Notes under the pieces: generated by a model | Databases searched by the model: none | The model's input: the letters and a program-made list of their open reading frames with translations, nothing else | Told to the model about the DNA's origin: nothing | Translations under genes and position numbers: made by a program | Assembly (NCBI GenBank): GCA_018716575.1 | Contig: DVJR01000045.1 | Location: forward strand, 1-47,487 | Length of the DNA: 47,487 nt | Origin: Candidatus Scatomonas merdavium | GTDB taxonomy: Bacteria > Bacillota > Clostridia > Lachnospirales > Lachnospiraceae | Direction of reading: 5' to 3' | Shown here: in pieces, positions 8,546 to 19,213 of the stretch | Layout of the letters: each line of letters starts with the position of its first letter | Numbering within the stretch: the stretch's first letter is position 1

Positions 8546-9169
8546 TCAGGTGTTTTTCATAATGACGGTTTCTACAATGTCGGAAGTGTGTTCGCAGGCG
8601 TCCAGGCAGTCCTCCAGATATTTGAAGATGTCTCTCCAGACGATGATTTCCACCGGATCGGTGGTGCTGGTGTGCAGCGTTCGCATGGAATTCAGATAGA
8701 GACTGTCGCCGTCCTCTTCCAGCCGGTTGATCTCAATCAGACATTGCTTCAGCTCCTTGGATTTTTTGAAATTCGGGAATTCTTCCATAGTGGCTTTCAC
8801 CATCTCGCAGCAGCGGATGACCAGCTTGGCGAAACGGACGGATTCAGGCCGGATGCTGGTAACATTGCAGATGTAGACACGGAGAATGACATCCTCGATC
8901 TTGTCGGTGATATCGTCCAGATACTGGCTGATGGCCATGATGTCCTCGCGCTCAATGGGGGTGATAAAGGCCCTCATCAATTCTTCCATCAGGTCGTGCT
9001 TTTTCACGTCTGCTTCATGCTCTACCTCATGGATTTCATCAATACTTTCGCTGATTCGTGCCGGATCGAAATTTTCCAGAACCCGTTCGAGGATTTTGGC
9101 GGCCCGCACCGCGCAGTCAGCGCACTGAACAAAATTGTCAAAGTATATCATATCGCTTTTCTTAGACAT
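8546..9169 (-). CDS. DUF47 family phosphate transport accessory protein (PhoU-like)
   Basis: EHEAD..FITPIEREDI..LDDITD..LEEDGD..LEDCLDACE; directly downstream of pit. Confidence 0.9.
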   Translation of the reverse strand: MSKKSDMIYFDNFVQCADCAVRAAKILERVLENFDPARISESIDEIHEVEHEADVKKHDLMEELMRAFITPIEREDIMAISQYLDDITDKIEDVILRVYICNVTSIRPESVRFAKLVIRCCEMVKATMEEFPNFKKSKELKQCLIEINRLEEDGDSLYLNSMRTLHTSTTDPVEIIVWRDIFKYLEDCLDACEHTSDIVETVIMKNT

Positions 9170-9239
9170 GTGTATTTACCTCTTTTCCATGAAAATTTTC
9201 TGTGTACGGAACTGTTCCGGCTCTGCCGGGCATTTTTTT

Positions 9240-10292
9240 TCAGAATATAGCCATAAAGAGCTTGGCCATCAGAAATCCGATAATACCGCAGCCGGGGAAA
9301 GTCAGCACCCAGGTCAGCACCATCTCTTTCACAACTTTCATATTGATGGCGGAAAGCCGCTTGACAGCGCCTACGCCCATGATGGCGGTGGTTTTTGTGT
9401 GGGTGGTGCTCACGGGGATTCCAAAGGTGGAGGACAGAAGCAGGCAGAGCGACGCTGCGATGTCGGCAGAAAACCCCTGGTATTTTTCGAGCTTTACCAT
9501 GTCCATACCCACGGATTTGATGATTTTTTTACCGCCGACGCTGGTACCGACACCCATGACGATAGAGCAGAGCAGCATCATCCAGAGGGGCAGGGAAACG
9601 CCGGCAGTAGTGTCCTGGCCGTTTATCAGAAAAACTCCCAGTATCAGCACGCCCATGAATTTCTGGCCGTCCTGCGCGCCGTGCATGAAAGCGGTGGCAG
9701 AGGCCCCGACGATCTGCGCGTATTTGAAAAAGCCGTCCGTTTTACGGCGGTCCATATTCCGGCAGATGGCAGTCGTAAGACGGCAGACCATAAAGCCGAG
9801 CATAAAGCCCAGAAGTGCGGAAAGCAGCAGGCCGTAAATGACCTTGATCCATTCGTTTCCGTTGATTCCGCCGATGCCGCCCTGCAGAGCGATGGCTGCG
9901 CCGGAAAGGCCGGCGATCAGCGCGTGGCTTTCGCTGGTAGGTATGCCGAAATACCAGGCGGCCACCGCCCAGACGACAATGGCTACCAGAGCGGCACAAA
10001 GGGCCACCAGTGCATCCTCGTTTTCTCCTTTGAAATTTACCATGTCTTTAATTGTCATTGCCACGGAGGAATTAATCAGCGTCATGACTGAAACGCCCAG
10101 AAAATTGAAAACAGCCGCCATGAGAATAGCGGGCTTCGCCTCCATACAACGGGTGGTCACACAGGTGGCAATCGCGTTGGGGGCATCCGTCCAGCCATTA
10201 ACGAAGATAACGGCCAGCGTCAGAATGACAGAAATCATCAGCATCGGATTGGATGTCACCTGTCCCCAGAAGGCAGCAAATGAAATGTCCAT
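9240..10292 (-). CDS. pit: PiT family inorganic phosphate transporter
   Basis: NGWTDAPNAIAT, GIPTSESHAL, HGAQDGQK, GIPVSTTH. Confidence 0.95.
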   Translation of the reverse strand: MDISFAAFWGQVTSNPMLMISVILTLAVIFVNGWTDAPNAIATCVTTRCMEAKPAILMAAVFNFLGVSVMTLINSSVAMTIKDMVNFKGENEDALVALCAALVAIVVWAVAAWYFGIPTSESHALIAGLSGAAIALQGGIGGINGNEWIKVIYGLLLSALLGFMLGFMVCRLTTAICRNMDRRKTDGFFKYAQIVGASATAFMHGAQDGQKFMGVLILGVFLINGQDTTAGVSLPLWMMLLCSIVMGVGTSVGGKKIIKSVGMDMVKLEKYQGFSADIAASLCLLLSSTFGIPVSTTHTKTTAIMGVGAVKRLSAINMKVVKEMVLTWVLTFPGCGIIGFLMAKLFMAIF

Positions 10293-10364
10293 GTCATAGT
10301 TCTCCCTCTTTAAAATATTTGCCTTGTGTCTCTTCAGCAGCGTATGCGGTCGAAGGACAGAACT

Positions 10365-10417
10365 ATTATATCATAGAATGTAAAAGCAGAGCAAAGAAAA
10401 ACGTAAATATATGTAAA
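10365..10417 (-). promoter_or_regulatory. pit promoter: extended -10 with upstream TTTACA-like direct repeats (Pho-box-like)
   Basis: TGaTATAAT on minus (10365-10373); tgtaaa 10379, cgtaaa 10402, tgtaaa 10412 on +. Confidence 0.55.
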
Positions 10418-10601
10418 ATTTTTTGCTGCACCCTGAAAAAGGGGCAGAAAGAGGCTGCGGAAAAACTCATAATTGAAAAAACAGGGGGGATAATAAAAGG
10501 AGGGCCAGTACTCCGGGAAGGAGCACTGGCATATGAAAAAGAAAATTATATATGAAAAAGTCTGTTGGCTTTGTTTGTATGGTTTTATCTTAATCGAAAA
10601 G

Positions 10602-10662
10602 TGTGAGAAAAGTATGAGAAGGCTTTGAAAGATTTGTGAAAAGTTTGTTGACGAAATGTGAA
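10602..10662. promoter_or_regulatory. six hexamer direct repeats at an exact 11-bp period (response-regulator binding array)
   Basis: tgtgag 10602, tatgag 10613, tttgaa 10624, tgtgaa 10635, tgttga 10646, tgtgaa 10657. Confidence 0.65.
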
Positions 10663-12469
10663 CATGCGGATTTTATATATGAAACAACTGAGAAAAGATA
10701 TATGGGATGGGGCAGGAAAAAACTGGAAGAGCCTGCTGCTGTTTGAAATTATTTACCGGAGCTGTACGGCTTTTCTGGTGTCCGCAGGAGCAGAACGGTT
10801 GCTCCGTCTGCTCTTACGGGAGCAGGGCTACAGCTATCTGACGGCAGACAATCTGGCAGAATTTCTGACGTATCCGCAGACGGTGCTGGCAGCTGCGGTG
10901 TCTGCGCTGATGGTTTTCTTTCTGATGCTCCTGGAGGTCTGTGCCCTTCTGGCCTGCTTTGAGGCGGGCTGGCGGAAGGAGCGAATTACGGTTCCGGGCA
11001 TGGCTGCAGCCGGCCTGTGCGGCGCAGCCGCGGTTGTACGGAGAAGACCTCTTCGATGGATCTGGTATATAGCCGGCAGTGCGCCGTATCTGGCTTTCCC
11101 GCTGCTGCTCCGGTTCTTTTTTCAGGTCGGAGGCGGTGTTTTCACGGGGGAAGGAGACTTAAGAAAAATGCTGACGGCGGCTTTGGCGGCGGCAGTTCTG
11201 TTCTGTTCCGCGGCCTCTGTCCGAAAATTGTCCTTCCGGGTTTTGCGTCCGGAGCTGAACGGAAAAGCAGGAAAGGTGTCATGTGCCGTTCTGGTACAGG
11301 TATCTGTCCTGATCGTATCCGGGCTTCTCTGTCTGGCGGCTGTAATTCTGATGACAGCCGCTGTCTGCCTGGCAGGTGATCCGGAAAGCCGGGTTAGCGC
11401 CGTGGTACTGTACAGCAGCAGAATCCGGTCGGTATTCGGTGCGGCTGCCGGGGTGTCCGGAACTGTAGCAGGCCTGCTGTATGCATTTCTGCAGTTTGCA
11501 CGAACGGAAAAGCCGCCTCTGGCGGAAAAAACCGGCACAATGGGAAATGTCTTCCGGAAAAGCCGGTACAGGGAAGGATGGAAAAAGGACAGACGCAGAG
11601 CACGCGGGACGGGAGCTGTCCTGGCTTCCCGGGCGGCGGTCCTGATGGCAGTGGCGGCCGCACTTTATCTGGGAGCGGGCGGTTTTTTCCGAAGCGGCAC
11701 AGCGCAGCATTCCGTAAGGGTAACAGCGCACAGAGGGGGAGCGCGGATGGCTCCGGAGAATACCGTCAGCGCCATAGAAAGCGCCATACGCTCCAGGGCG
11801 GACTATGCGGAGATCGACGTACAGGAAACGAAGGACGGGGAAATCGTACTGCTTCATGACAGCAGCCTGGAGAGAGTGGCAGGAATCGGCAGGAGAATCT
11901 GGGAGCTGACCTATGCGGAGGTCAGTCGGCTGGATGCGGGAAGCTGGTTTGATGAGAGCTTTCAGAATGAGCGGATTCCCACTCTTGAGGCGGCGATAGA
12001 GTGCTGCCGGGGGAAAATCAGGCTGAATATCGAAATGAAATACAATGGACACAACGAGAAAATCGTGGAGAAGGTCGTCCGGATCATAGAGGAGCAGAAT
12101 TTTGAAAAAAGCTGCGTAGTAACTTCCATGAATTATGAATATCTTGAGAAGGTCAAAAAGCTGAATCCGTCCATTGCCACGGGCTATACAATGCCCGTGG
12201 CGTACGGAGATCTGTCAGAGCTTGCGGCGGCTGATTTTTTCAGCGTGAGCTTTGCGTATCTGAGCGCGGAATTCGTACGTGACGCCCATGCGCTGGGAAA
12301 GGCCGTCTGCGTGTGGACGCTGAACGATCCGGCAGATATGCAGCAGGCGATAGAGTACGGCGCGGATAACATCATCACCGATGATCCGGAGCTGGTACGG
12401 CGGGTGTTCCTGGGCGGAACCGGGGAAGAACCGTCTTTTTCCGAACTTCTGGCCTATGCGCTGAAATGA
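10658..12469 (+). CDS. membrane-anchored glycerophosphodiester phosphodiesterase (start uncertain: 10658/10664/10679)
   Basis: N-terminal multi-TM domain; C-terminal TAHRG..APENT..AEIDVQETKDG..LHD..NIEMK..WTLND..IITD. Confidence 0.9.
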   Translation: MNMRILYMKQLRKDIWDGAGKNWKSLLLFEIIYRSCTAFLVSAGAERLLRLLLREQGYSYLTADNLAEFLTYPQTVLAAAVSALMVFFLMLLEVCALLACFEAGWRKERITVPGMAAAGLCGAAAVVRRRPLRWIWYIAGSAPYLAFPLLLRFFFQVGGGVFTGEGDLRKMLTAALAAAVLFCSAASVRKLSFRVLRPELNGKAGKVSCAVLVQVSVLIVSGLLCLAAVILMTAAVCLAGDPESRVSAVVLYSSRIRSVFGAAAGVSGTVAGLLYAFLQFARTEKPPLAEKTGTMGNVFRKSRYREGWKKDRRRARGTGAVLASRAAVLMAVAAALYLGAGGFFRSGTAQHSVRVTAHRGGARMAPENTVSAIESAIRSRADYAEIDVQETKDGEIVLLHDSSLERVAGIGRRIWELTYAEVSRLDAGSWFDESFQNERIPTLEAAIECCRGKIRLNIEMKYNGHNEKIVEKVVRIIEEQNFEKSCVVTSMNYEYLEKVKKLNPSIATGYTMPVAYGDLSELAAADFFSVSFAYLSAEFVRDAHALGKAVCVWTLNDPADMQQAIEYGADNIITDDPELVRRVFLGGTGEEPSFSELLAYALK

Positions 12470-13315
12470 TCAGTCTTTATAAATGAAGCGCCCGTCCAGC
12501 TGTGTGGTTCGCACGATGTTGATGAAAGCACTGGCATCCATTTTACGGATGGCCCGGACCAGACCTTTTACCTGCTGGCTGGACACTACGGAATAGATCA
12601 TCTTTTTTTCTTCGTTGGTATAGCAGCCGGTACCGTCCAGGACGGTGGCGCTGTGCTGAGTTGTGGCCAGGATGGTCTGATATATTTTCTCGTACTGATC
12701 ACTGATGATGAACAGAGTGGCCTGCTGGTATTTTCTGTACAGCAGATGGATTACCTGGGTGGAGGCGTACTGGAAAATGATGGAATACAGCGCTTTATCC
12801 CAGCCAAAGAGCAGACCGGCGGCCAGAAGTATCAGAGTATTGGCTGCCAGAGTGATGTTCCAGGGATCTTTGTTCAGCCGGTGACCGTATACGTTGGCCA
12901 GGATGTCCATGCCCCCGGTGGAGCCGCCGGCCAGCATGGATATGCTTATGCATGCACCGTTGATGATGCCGCCGAAGATACTGGCCAGAAGTACGTCGTC
13001 AGTGAGAGGGAAAGCGGGCATCATATCCGTCAGGATACCGGTCAGGCCGACAGACAGGATGGTGTAGATCAGAAAACGCTTTCCCAGGGAACGGTAGCTT
13101 AAGACCAGAGCCAGAATATTCAGCGGATAGCTGATCAGCGAGAAAGCAATGGCAATATGGAAAAATGAATCGCCGGCCCGCTGAACCAGCAGGGCAATAC
13201 CGTTGAAGCCTCCAGGATACAGACCTACGGCGTTGACGAAACAGTTAATATTAAAAGCCATGCCGGCGGCAGCGAGAGAGACCATGATGGCTGCCCGGAT
13301 TTCCCGTTTCCACAT
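12470..13315 (-). CDS. YitT family membrane protein (DUF161 + DUF2179)
   Basis: GLYPGGFNG, GGSTGGMD, ATVLDGTGCYTNEEKKMIYSV..DASAF; AGGAGG before ATG 13315. Confidence 0.88.
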   Translation of the reverse strand: MWKREIRAAIMVSLAAAGMAFNINCFVNAVGLYPGGFNGIALLVQRAGDSFFHIAIAFSLISYPLNILALVLSYRSLGKRFLIYTILSVGLTGILTDMMPAFPLTDDVLLASIFGGIINGACISISMLAGGSTGGMDILANVYGHRLNKDPWNITLAANTLILLAAGLLFGWDKALYSIIFQYASTQVIHLLYRKYQQATLFIISDQYEKIYQTILATTQHSATVLDGTGCYTNEEKKMIYSVVSSQQVKGLVRAIRKMDASAFINIVRTTQLDGRFIYKD

Positions 13316-13458
13316 AAGGATACCTCCTTTTACCTTCGTACTTAAGTGGAGTATACCACAGAATGAACGGTCATCCAATGCGGGCCGGAGAAAATCTTCA
13401 GAAAATCGCGAGGGTAATTCTGCGCGGCAGGGCGGCGGGGGGAGGGGAAAATCCGGGG

Positions 13459-13487
13459 TTCACACATCCGACGGTTTGTGCTATAAT
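13459..13487 (+). promoter_or_regulatory. sigma-A promoter of the ftsW-like gene
   Basis: TTCACA, 17 bp spacer, TATAAT with extended TG. Confidence 0.75.
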
Positions 13488-13566
13488 TTTCGAATAAACA
13501 ATATGACAGCTCCGGTCTGCAGTATGACCGGTCTGTCCTGGTTGTACCGGGGAGTGAATTTGATTT

Positions 13567-14799
13567 ATGCGAAAAAAAACTGCGCGGGCCGGAAGAAAAG
13601 AGAGACGTCAGCCGGGATATTACGACTACAATCTTCTGGCCGTGGTAATTATACTGATCTGCTTCGGGCTGGTGATGCTGTACAGCGCCAGCGCTTATGA
13701 GGCGGCCACCAGCACCATCATACAGGATGACATGTATTATTTCAGGCGGCAGGCGCTGATCAGCCTGGGAGCCATTCTGGCCGCAGTGCTGATCTCCAGA
13801 ATTGACTACCATATTTTTCTGAAGCTGTCGCCGTACCTCTTTGCGGTGTCGCTGCTGCTCATGGCTTTGGTGAAATTTTCCGGAGGCGGCGTTACGGCCG
13901 GCGGCGCGCGGCGCTGGCTGAATATCGGAGGCGTACAGTTCCAGCCCTCCGAGGTGGCTAAGATCGCGGTCATTCTGTTTATGACCTATATGATACTGAA
14001 GATGGGCAGGCGGGTCAGCTCGAGAAAGGGCGTGCTGTTTCTGCTGCTGCTGGGAGGCATCCAGGCGGCTGCGGCATTTTTCTTTACGGAAAATCTGAGT
14101 ACGGCTCTGATTATTCTGGGCATCAGCTGTGTGATGATCTTTCTGGCGCATCCGAAGACAGCGCCGTTTCTGGCCGCTCTGGCGGTAATAGGCCTGGTTG
14201 TGGGCGTAGTTCTGTTCTATCTGGCCCAGACTATGGACAGCAGCAGCAATTTCCGGCTTCAGCGGGTGCTGGTCTGGCTGGATCCGGAGAAATATTCGGC
14301 CAACGGCGGTTACCAGGTGCTTCAGGGGCTGTACGCCATCGGCTCCGGCGGCTTCTTCGGAAAGGGGCTGGGCAACAGCACCCAGAAGCTGTCCACCATA
14401 CCGGAGGCCCAGAACGATATGATCTTTTCCATTATATGCGAAGAGCTGGGGCTGTTCGGCGCCATTATCGTGCTGCTGCTGTTCGGCTATCTGCTGTACC
14501 GGCTGTTTTTCATCGCCCAGAATGCGCCCGATCTGTACGGGACTCTGATTGTCAGCGGCATTTTTGCTCACATCGCCCTTCAGGTGGTGCTGAACATCTG
14601 CGTGGTGCTGAATGTGATTCCGACGACGGGAGTTACGCTGCCCTTCGTCAGCTATGGAGGCACTTCTGTGCTGTTCCTCATGGGGGAGATGGGCATAGCC
14701 CTGAGCGTATCCCGGAAAATACGTTTTCAGGATGAAGAGGTGCCTCGAAAAAATAGTGTCACAAAAAATAATGAAAACATATTGACAAATGATGGATAA
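13567..14799 (+). CDS. FtsW/RodA/SpoVE family SEDS peptidoglycan polymerase
   Basis: GLVMLYSAS, GARRWL, FQPSEVAK, GSGGFFGKGLG, PEAQNDMIF, IPTTGVTLPFVSYGG. Confidence 0.95.
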   Translation: MRKKTARAGRKERRQPGYYDYNLLAVVIILICFGLVMLYSASAYEAATSTIIQDDMYYFRRQALISLGAILAAVLISRIDYHIFLKLSPYLFAVSLLLMALVKFSGGGVTAGGARRWLNIGGVQFQPSEVAKIAVILFMTYMILKMGRRVSSRKGVLFLLLLGGIQAAAAFFFTENLSTALIILGISCVMIFLAHPKTAPFLAALAVIGLVVGVVLFYLAQTMDSSSNFRLQRVLVWLDPEKYSANGGYQVLQGLYAIGSGGFFGKGLGNSTQKLSTIPEAQNDMIFSIICEELGLFGAIIVLLLFGYLLYRLFFIAQNAPDLYGTLIVSGIFAHIALQVVLNICVVLNVIPTTGVTLPFVSYGGTSVLFLMGEMGIALSVSRKIRFQDEEVPRKNSVTKNNENILTNDG

Positions 14800-14824
14800 C
14801 CAATTACACTTTGATTGTCAAATT
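14782..14824 (+). promoter_or_regulatory. sigma-A promoter of acp with overlapping FabT-like palindromic operator
   Basis: TTGACA (14782-14787), 17 bp spacer, TACACT (14805-14810); palindrome TTTGA-ttg-TCAAA at 14810-14822. Confidence 0.7.
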
Positions 14825-14859
14825 ACTTTTAGAAGTATAAATTCGGAGGAGACGCTTTT

Positions 14860-15093
14860 ATGTTAGAGAAAATGAGACAGATTCTTTCCGAACAGTTTAA
14901 CTGCGAGGAAGATACCATTACGGAAGAGACCAATTTCAAAGATGATCTGGGTGCCGATTCGCTGGATCTGTTCGAACTGGTTATGGCACTGGAAGAAGAA
15001 TATTCCATTGAGATTCCGGCCGACGACCTGACAAACCTGACGACAGTTGGCTCTGTAATTGATTATTTGAAGGACAAAGGTGTGGAGGCATAA
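14860..15093 (+). CDS. acpP: acyl carrier protein (copy 1)
   Basis: [21 protein letters not shown]; GGAGG RBS. Confidence 0.93.
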   Translation: MLEKMRQILSEQFNCEEDTITEETNFKDDLGADSLDLFELVMALEEEYSIEIPADDLTNLTTVGSVIDYLKDKGVEA

Positions 15094-15149
15094 TCCACAC
15101 CTTTTCACTTTCACCTAGCAGATGGAAAAGGAAGATAGGGGGAACGGAA

Positions 15150-17369
15150 ATGAGCGTTGAATATTTGAAAAGTATTCTGGAAAATGGCAGGAATATCGTC
15201 TGCCTGATGGGAAGAACTCCGGCCGCTCTTCAGGGGTGTGATTTTTATCGTGACGAGTACGGGGATGAAGTTGAGCTGAAATACGGCTATTCAGCGGACG
15301 ATATTTTTTCCAGTACCTTCTACAGCAATCGCCCCAGGACTTTTTACAAATTCTACCGGGAGGAAATACTGAAGAAGAGAGGAAAGCCGGACGCCTGTAA
15401 TTATGCGCTGAAGCGTATGGAGGATGACGGGCGGCTGCTGGGCATTGTAACCAGAGGGTTTATGAACCGCTCCCGGCGGGCAGGCTGCCGGAATGTGATT
15501 CAGCTGTATGGAAATATTGATGAAAATACCTGCCCCCGCTGCGGGAAAAAATACGATGTGGATTATATGCTGACCCATACGCCCCTTCCTCTGTGCGAGG
15601 AGTGCGGGACACTGATTCATCCGGGAGTGGCTTTAAAAGGCGAGATTCTGGACAATCTGATTATGACCCGGGCAGCGGATCTGATCTCCCGGGCTGATAT
15701 TCTGATGGTAGTAGGCTGTAATCTGGCATCGCCGCTGGGAACTCTGGTAAAATATTTTAATGGAAAGATACTGGCTCTGGTTAACAATGAGCCGCATTTT
15801 TCCGACTGCAAGGCGGACTGCGTCTGCATCGGTGACATTAATGAGATCATGACGCAGGCGTATCCCGACAGAAGTGGGAAGACAAAAACGGAAACAGGAG
15901 AGACATCCATGACAAAAGTAAAGACAAGATTTGCACCCAGCCCCACGGGCAGGATGCATGTGGGCAACCTGCGGACGGCTCTTTATGCCTATCTGATCGC
16001 GAAGCATGCGGGCGGCAGTTTCATGCTCCGAATCGAGGATACGGATCAGGAGCGTTTTATGGACGGAGCGCTGGATATTATTTACCATACCCTGGCGGAG
16101 ACCGGGCTGGATCATGACGAAGGACCGGACAAGGACGGCGGCGTGGGGCCGTATGTGCAGAGTGAGCGGAATGCGCAGGGTATCTACCTGAAATACGCGA
16201 AGCAGCTGGTAGAGCAGGGAAATGCTTATTACTGCTTCTGTGACAGGGAGCGCCTGGAATCCCTGAAAACTACGGTTGACGGTAAGGAAATCTCCATCTA
16301 TGACAAGCACTGCCTGAACCTCTCCAAAGAGGAGGTGGAGGCGAACCTGGCGGCCGGAAAGCCCTGGGTGATTCGTCTGAATGTACCGCGGGAAGGTACG
16401 ACGTCCTTTCATGATGAGATATATGGCACTATAACAGTGAATAATGCGGAGCTGGACGACATGATTCTGATCAAGTCCGACGGCTATCCTACTTATAATT
16501 TTGCCAATGTTGTGGACGACCATCTGATGGGAATTACTCATGTGGTGCGGGGCAACGAATACCTGTCCTCTACGCCCAAGTACAATCTTCTGTATGAGGC
16601 TTTTGGCTGGGAAATCCCGGTCTATATCCACTGTCCGCTGATTACCAACCAGGATGGCCAGAAGCTCAGCAAGCGCAGCGGTCATTCTTCTTATGAAGAC
16701 CTGATTGAGCAGGGCTTTCTGACGGAGGCGGTGGTTAATTTCGTAGCCCTGCTGGGCTGGAGTCCGGAAGATGACAGGGAGATATATTCTCTGGAGGAAC
16801 TGGTGGAAGCGTTTGATTATCACCGGATCAGCAAATCGCCGGCGGTATTCGACATGACCAAGCTGAAATGGATGAACGGCGAATATATGAAGGCCATGAG
16901 CGATGAAAAATTCTATCGGATGGCGCTGCCGCATCTGAAAAAGGTTATTACCCGGGACTGTGATCTCAGAAAGATAGCAGCCATGGTTAAGACGCGAATC
17001 GCTGTTTTTCCGGATATTTATGAGATGGTGGATTTTTTTGAGCAGGTGCCTGAATATGATGTGCAGCTATATGTCCATAAGAAATCCAAATCCACAGTGG
17101 AATCTTCACTGGAGATTCTTGAAGAAGTGCTGCCGCTTCTGGAGGATGCAGAAGATTACAGCAATGACGGACTGTATGAGCTTCTTCAGGCTTATGCGGA
17201 GAAAAAAGAGTATAAGATCAGTCATGTAATGTGGCCTATCCGGACGGCTCTCTCCGGAAAGATGACTACGCCGGCCGGAGCCACGGAGATTATGGCAGTG
17301 CTGGGCAGGGCGGAGAGCCTGAAGCGCATCCGGGATGCCGTGGAAAAGATCAGGAATGCAGTACAATGA
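15150..17369 (+). CDS. gltX: degenerate Sir2/CobB-like domain (aa ~1-240) fused in frame to glutamate--tRNA ligase (from ATG 15909)
   Basis: GluRS: [24 protein letters not shown]; N-terminus follows the sirtuin layout with CPRC/CEEC Zn ligands; no stop between them; AGGAG at 15896-15900. Confidence 0.9.
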   Translation: MSVEYLKSILENGRNIVCLMGRTPAALQGCDFYRDEYGDEVELKYGYSADDIFSSTFYSNRPRTFYKFYREEILKKRGKPDACNYALKRMEDDGRLLGIVTRGFMNRSRRAGCRNVIQLYGNIDENTCPRCGKKYDVDYMLTHTPLPLCEECGTLIHPGVALKGEILDNLIMTRAADLISRADILMVVGCNLASPLGTLVKYFNGKILALVNNEPHFSDCKADCVCIGDINEIMTQAYPDRSGKTKTETGETSMTKVKTRFAPSPTGRMHVGNLRTALYAYLIAKHAGGSFMLRIEDTDQERFMDGALDIIYHTLAETGLDHDEGPDKDGGVGPYVQSERNAQGIYLKYAKQLVEQGNAYYCFCDRERLESLKTTVDGKEISIYDKHCLNLSKEEVEANLAAGKPWVIRLNVPREGTTSFHDEIYGTITVNNAELDDMILIKSDGYPTYNFANVVDDHLMGITHVVRGNEYLSSTPKYNLLYEAFGWEIPVYIHCPLITNQDGQKLSKRSGHSSYEDLIEQGFLTEAVVNFVALLGWSPEDDREIYSLEELVEAFDYHRISKSPAVFDMTKLKWMNGEYMKAMSDEKFYRMALPHLKKVITRDCDLRKIAAMVKTRIAVFPDIYEMVDFFEQVPEYDVQLYVHKKSKSTVESSLEILEEVLPLLEDAEDYSNDGLYELLQAYAEKKEYKISHVMWPIRTALSGKMTTPAGATEIMAVLGRAESLKRIRDAVEKIRNAVQ

Positions 17370-19188
17370 CGCACAGAAGCTGGCAGTCGAACACGGAGAG
17401 GGGCCCATGCTGGTGCTGGCCGGCCCCGGCTCCGGAAAGACGGCCGTGATTACCGGGCGGGTCTGCCGCCTGATACAGAAAGGAATCTCCCCTTCTTCCA
17501 TTCTGGTGGCCACTTTTACCAGAGCGGCTGCCGCCGAGATGAAGGGGAGATTTTTGAATACCATGGGGCTGTCTGCCTCTCCGGTTACTTTTGGTACATT
17601 CCATGGGATTTTTTATGGAATTCTCCGTCAGGCGTACCGGATCGACGGCAGAAATATTCTGGGCGATGATCAGCGGCTGCGGCTGCTGGGTGAAATCATA
17701 GACGCCTGCTGCGGAGGAGGAGAGCGGGAGGCCGATCTGCCCTCTGCCGTGGGACGGGAGATCAGCGCGGTCAAGGAAAATCGCATGGAGCTGTCCAATT
17801 TCTATTCCGCCGCTCTGCCGGAAGAGGATTTCCGGAAGGTATACCGGGAATACGGAAAATGGATGAGAGATAACCGAAAGCTGGATTTTGACGATATCGG
17901 CGTCTGGTGCTGGCGGCTTTTTACAGAAAGACCTGAGATTCTCCGGCGGTGGCAGCAGAAATTCCGCTATCTGCTGGTGGATGAATTTCAGGATATCAAT
18001 CCTCTGCAGTATGATATTATAAAGCTTCTGGCGGAGCCGGAGAACAATCTGTTTATCGTCGGGGACGACGATCAGTCCATCTACCGGTTTCGGGGCGCGA
18101 ATCCCGGTATTATGCTGGGATTTGCCAGAGAGTATCCGGGGGCTGAGACGGCTGTATTGAATGTGAATTATCGCTGTACGCCGCAGATCTTAAAGTGCGC
18201 CGGACGTCTGATCGCTCATAATCAGAAGCGGTTTGCCAAGGAACTCCGGGCAGCCCGGGGCGATGGAGAACCGGTGGAATTCCGGCAGTTTGCCAACGTC
18301 CGGGAGGAAACGGAGCATCTGGCCAGGGCGATCCGGAAGGCGGCGGAGGACGGGGGCGCTTATGAAGAAACGGCTGTGCTGCTTAGGACAAATACAGGCT
18401 GCCGGGCGGCAGTGGAGCAGCTGATGGCCTGGCAGATTCCCTTCCGGGTTCGGGACGCGATTCCCTGTCTGTACGATCACTGGATTGCCGGGAATGTTCT
18501 GGCATATCTGCGTCTGGGAGCCGGCGGGCGGAAGAGGAGCGATTTTCTGCAGATCTGCAACAGGCCCAACCGCTATCTGAACCGGGAAGCCTTTTATGAC
18601 AGCCAGGTATCCTTTGAAGAGCTCTATCAGTATTACGAGGACCGGGAATGGATGTGGGAGAGAATCGAGCGTCTGGAGGCGGATCTGAGAACTCTGGGGC
18701 GGCTTTCCCCCTATGGGGCGATCCAGTACATACGCCACGGGATCGGCTATGAACAGTATGTAAAGGAGTATGCCCTGGAACGGAAGATTTCGGAGGCGGA
18801 GCTTTTACAGATCCTGGATGAACTGGCGGAGAGCGCCAGAAATTTCCGGGATCTGGACGGATGGCTGGCGCATATCCGGGAATACCGGGAGGAGATGCAG
18901 AAAAAGAATAAAAGGCAGGACGGGCAGAAAGGCGTAACGGTTTCCACACTTCATGGAGTAAAGGGGATGGAATATGACACGGTCTACATTCTGGATGTCA
19001 ATGAAGGCGTCATTCCCTATCATAAGGCAGTGCTGGAGGCTGATCTGGAAGAAGAGCGTCGGATGCTTTATGTGGGGATGACCAGGGCAAGAAAGGAGCT
19101 CCATCTGTATGCAGTGAAGGAAAGGTATGAGAAGAAAATGGAGATTTCCCGTTTCCTCTCGGATAGCTTTCCAACGGTCAGGAAATAA
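17356..19188 (+). CDS. UvrD/PcrA-family (YjcD-like) ATP-dependent DNA helicase
   Basis: [63 protein letters not shown]; overlaps the gltX stop. Confidence 0.92.
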   Translation: MQYNDAQKLAVEHGEGPMLVLAGPGSGKTAVITGRVCRLIQKGISPSSILVATFTRAAAAEMKGRFLNTMGLSASPVTFGTFHGIFYGILRQAYRIDGRNILGDDQRLRLLGEIIDACCGGGEREADLPSAVGREISAVKENRMELSNFYSAALPEEDFRKVYREYGKWMRDNRKLDFDDIGVWCWRLFTERPEILRRWQQKFRYLLVDEFQDINPLQYDIIKLLAEPENNLFIVGDDDQSIYRFRGANPGIMLGFAREYPGAETAVLNVNYRCTPQILKCAGRLIAHNQKRFAKELRAARGDGEPVEFRQFANVREETEHLARAIRKAAEDGGAYEETAVLLRTNTGCRAAVEQLMAWQIPFRVRDAIPCLYDHWIAGNVLAYLRLGAGGRKRSDFLQICNRPNRYLNREAFYDSQVSFEELYQYYEDREWMWERIERLEADLRTLGRLSPYGAIQYIRHGIGYEQYVKEYALERKISEAELLQILDELAESARNFRDLDGWLAHIREYREEMQKKNKRQDGQKGVTVSTLHGVKGMEYDTVYILDVNEGVIPYHKAVLEADLEEERRMLYVGMTRARKELHLYAVKERYEKKMEISRFLSDSFPTVRK

Positions 19189-19213
19189 TGAAAGCAGAAA
19201 GGAGGAAAAATGT

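Noticed and set aside
10602-10662. CRISPR-like or iteron repeats
   Set aside because: Units are 6 bp at an 11-bp period, with no spacers and no cas or rep gene
15094-15149. T-box upstream of gltX
   Set aside because: Spacer is 56 bp with no T-box consensus or terminator
15150-19188. Sir2 plus helicase as an anti-phage defence system
   Set aside because: The domain is CobB-like with a Zn module and dead NAD motifs, the context is housekeeping, and the helicase looks like an ordinary YjcD/PcrA type
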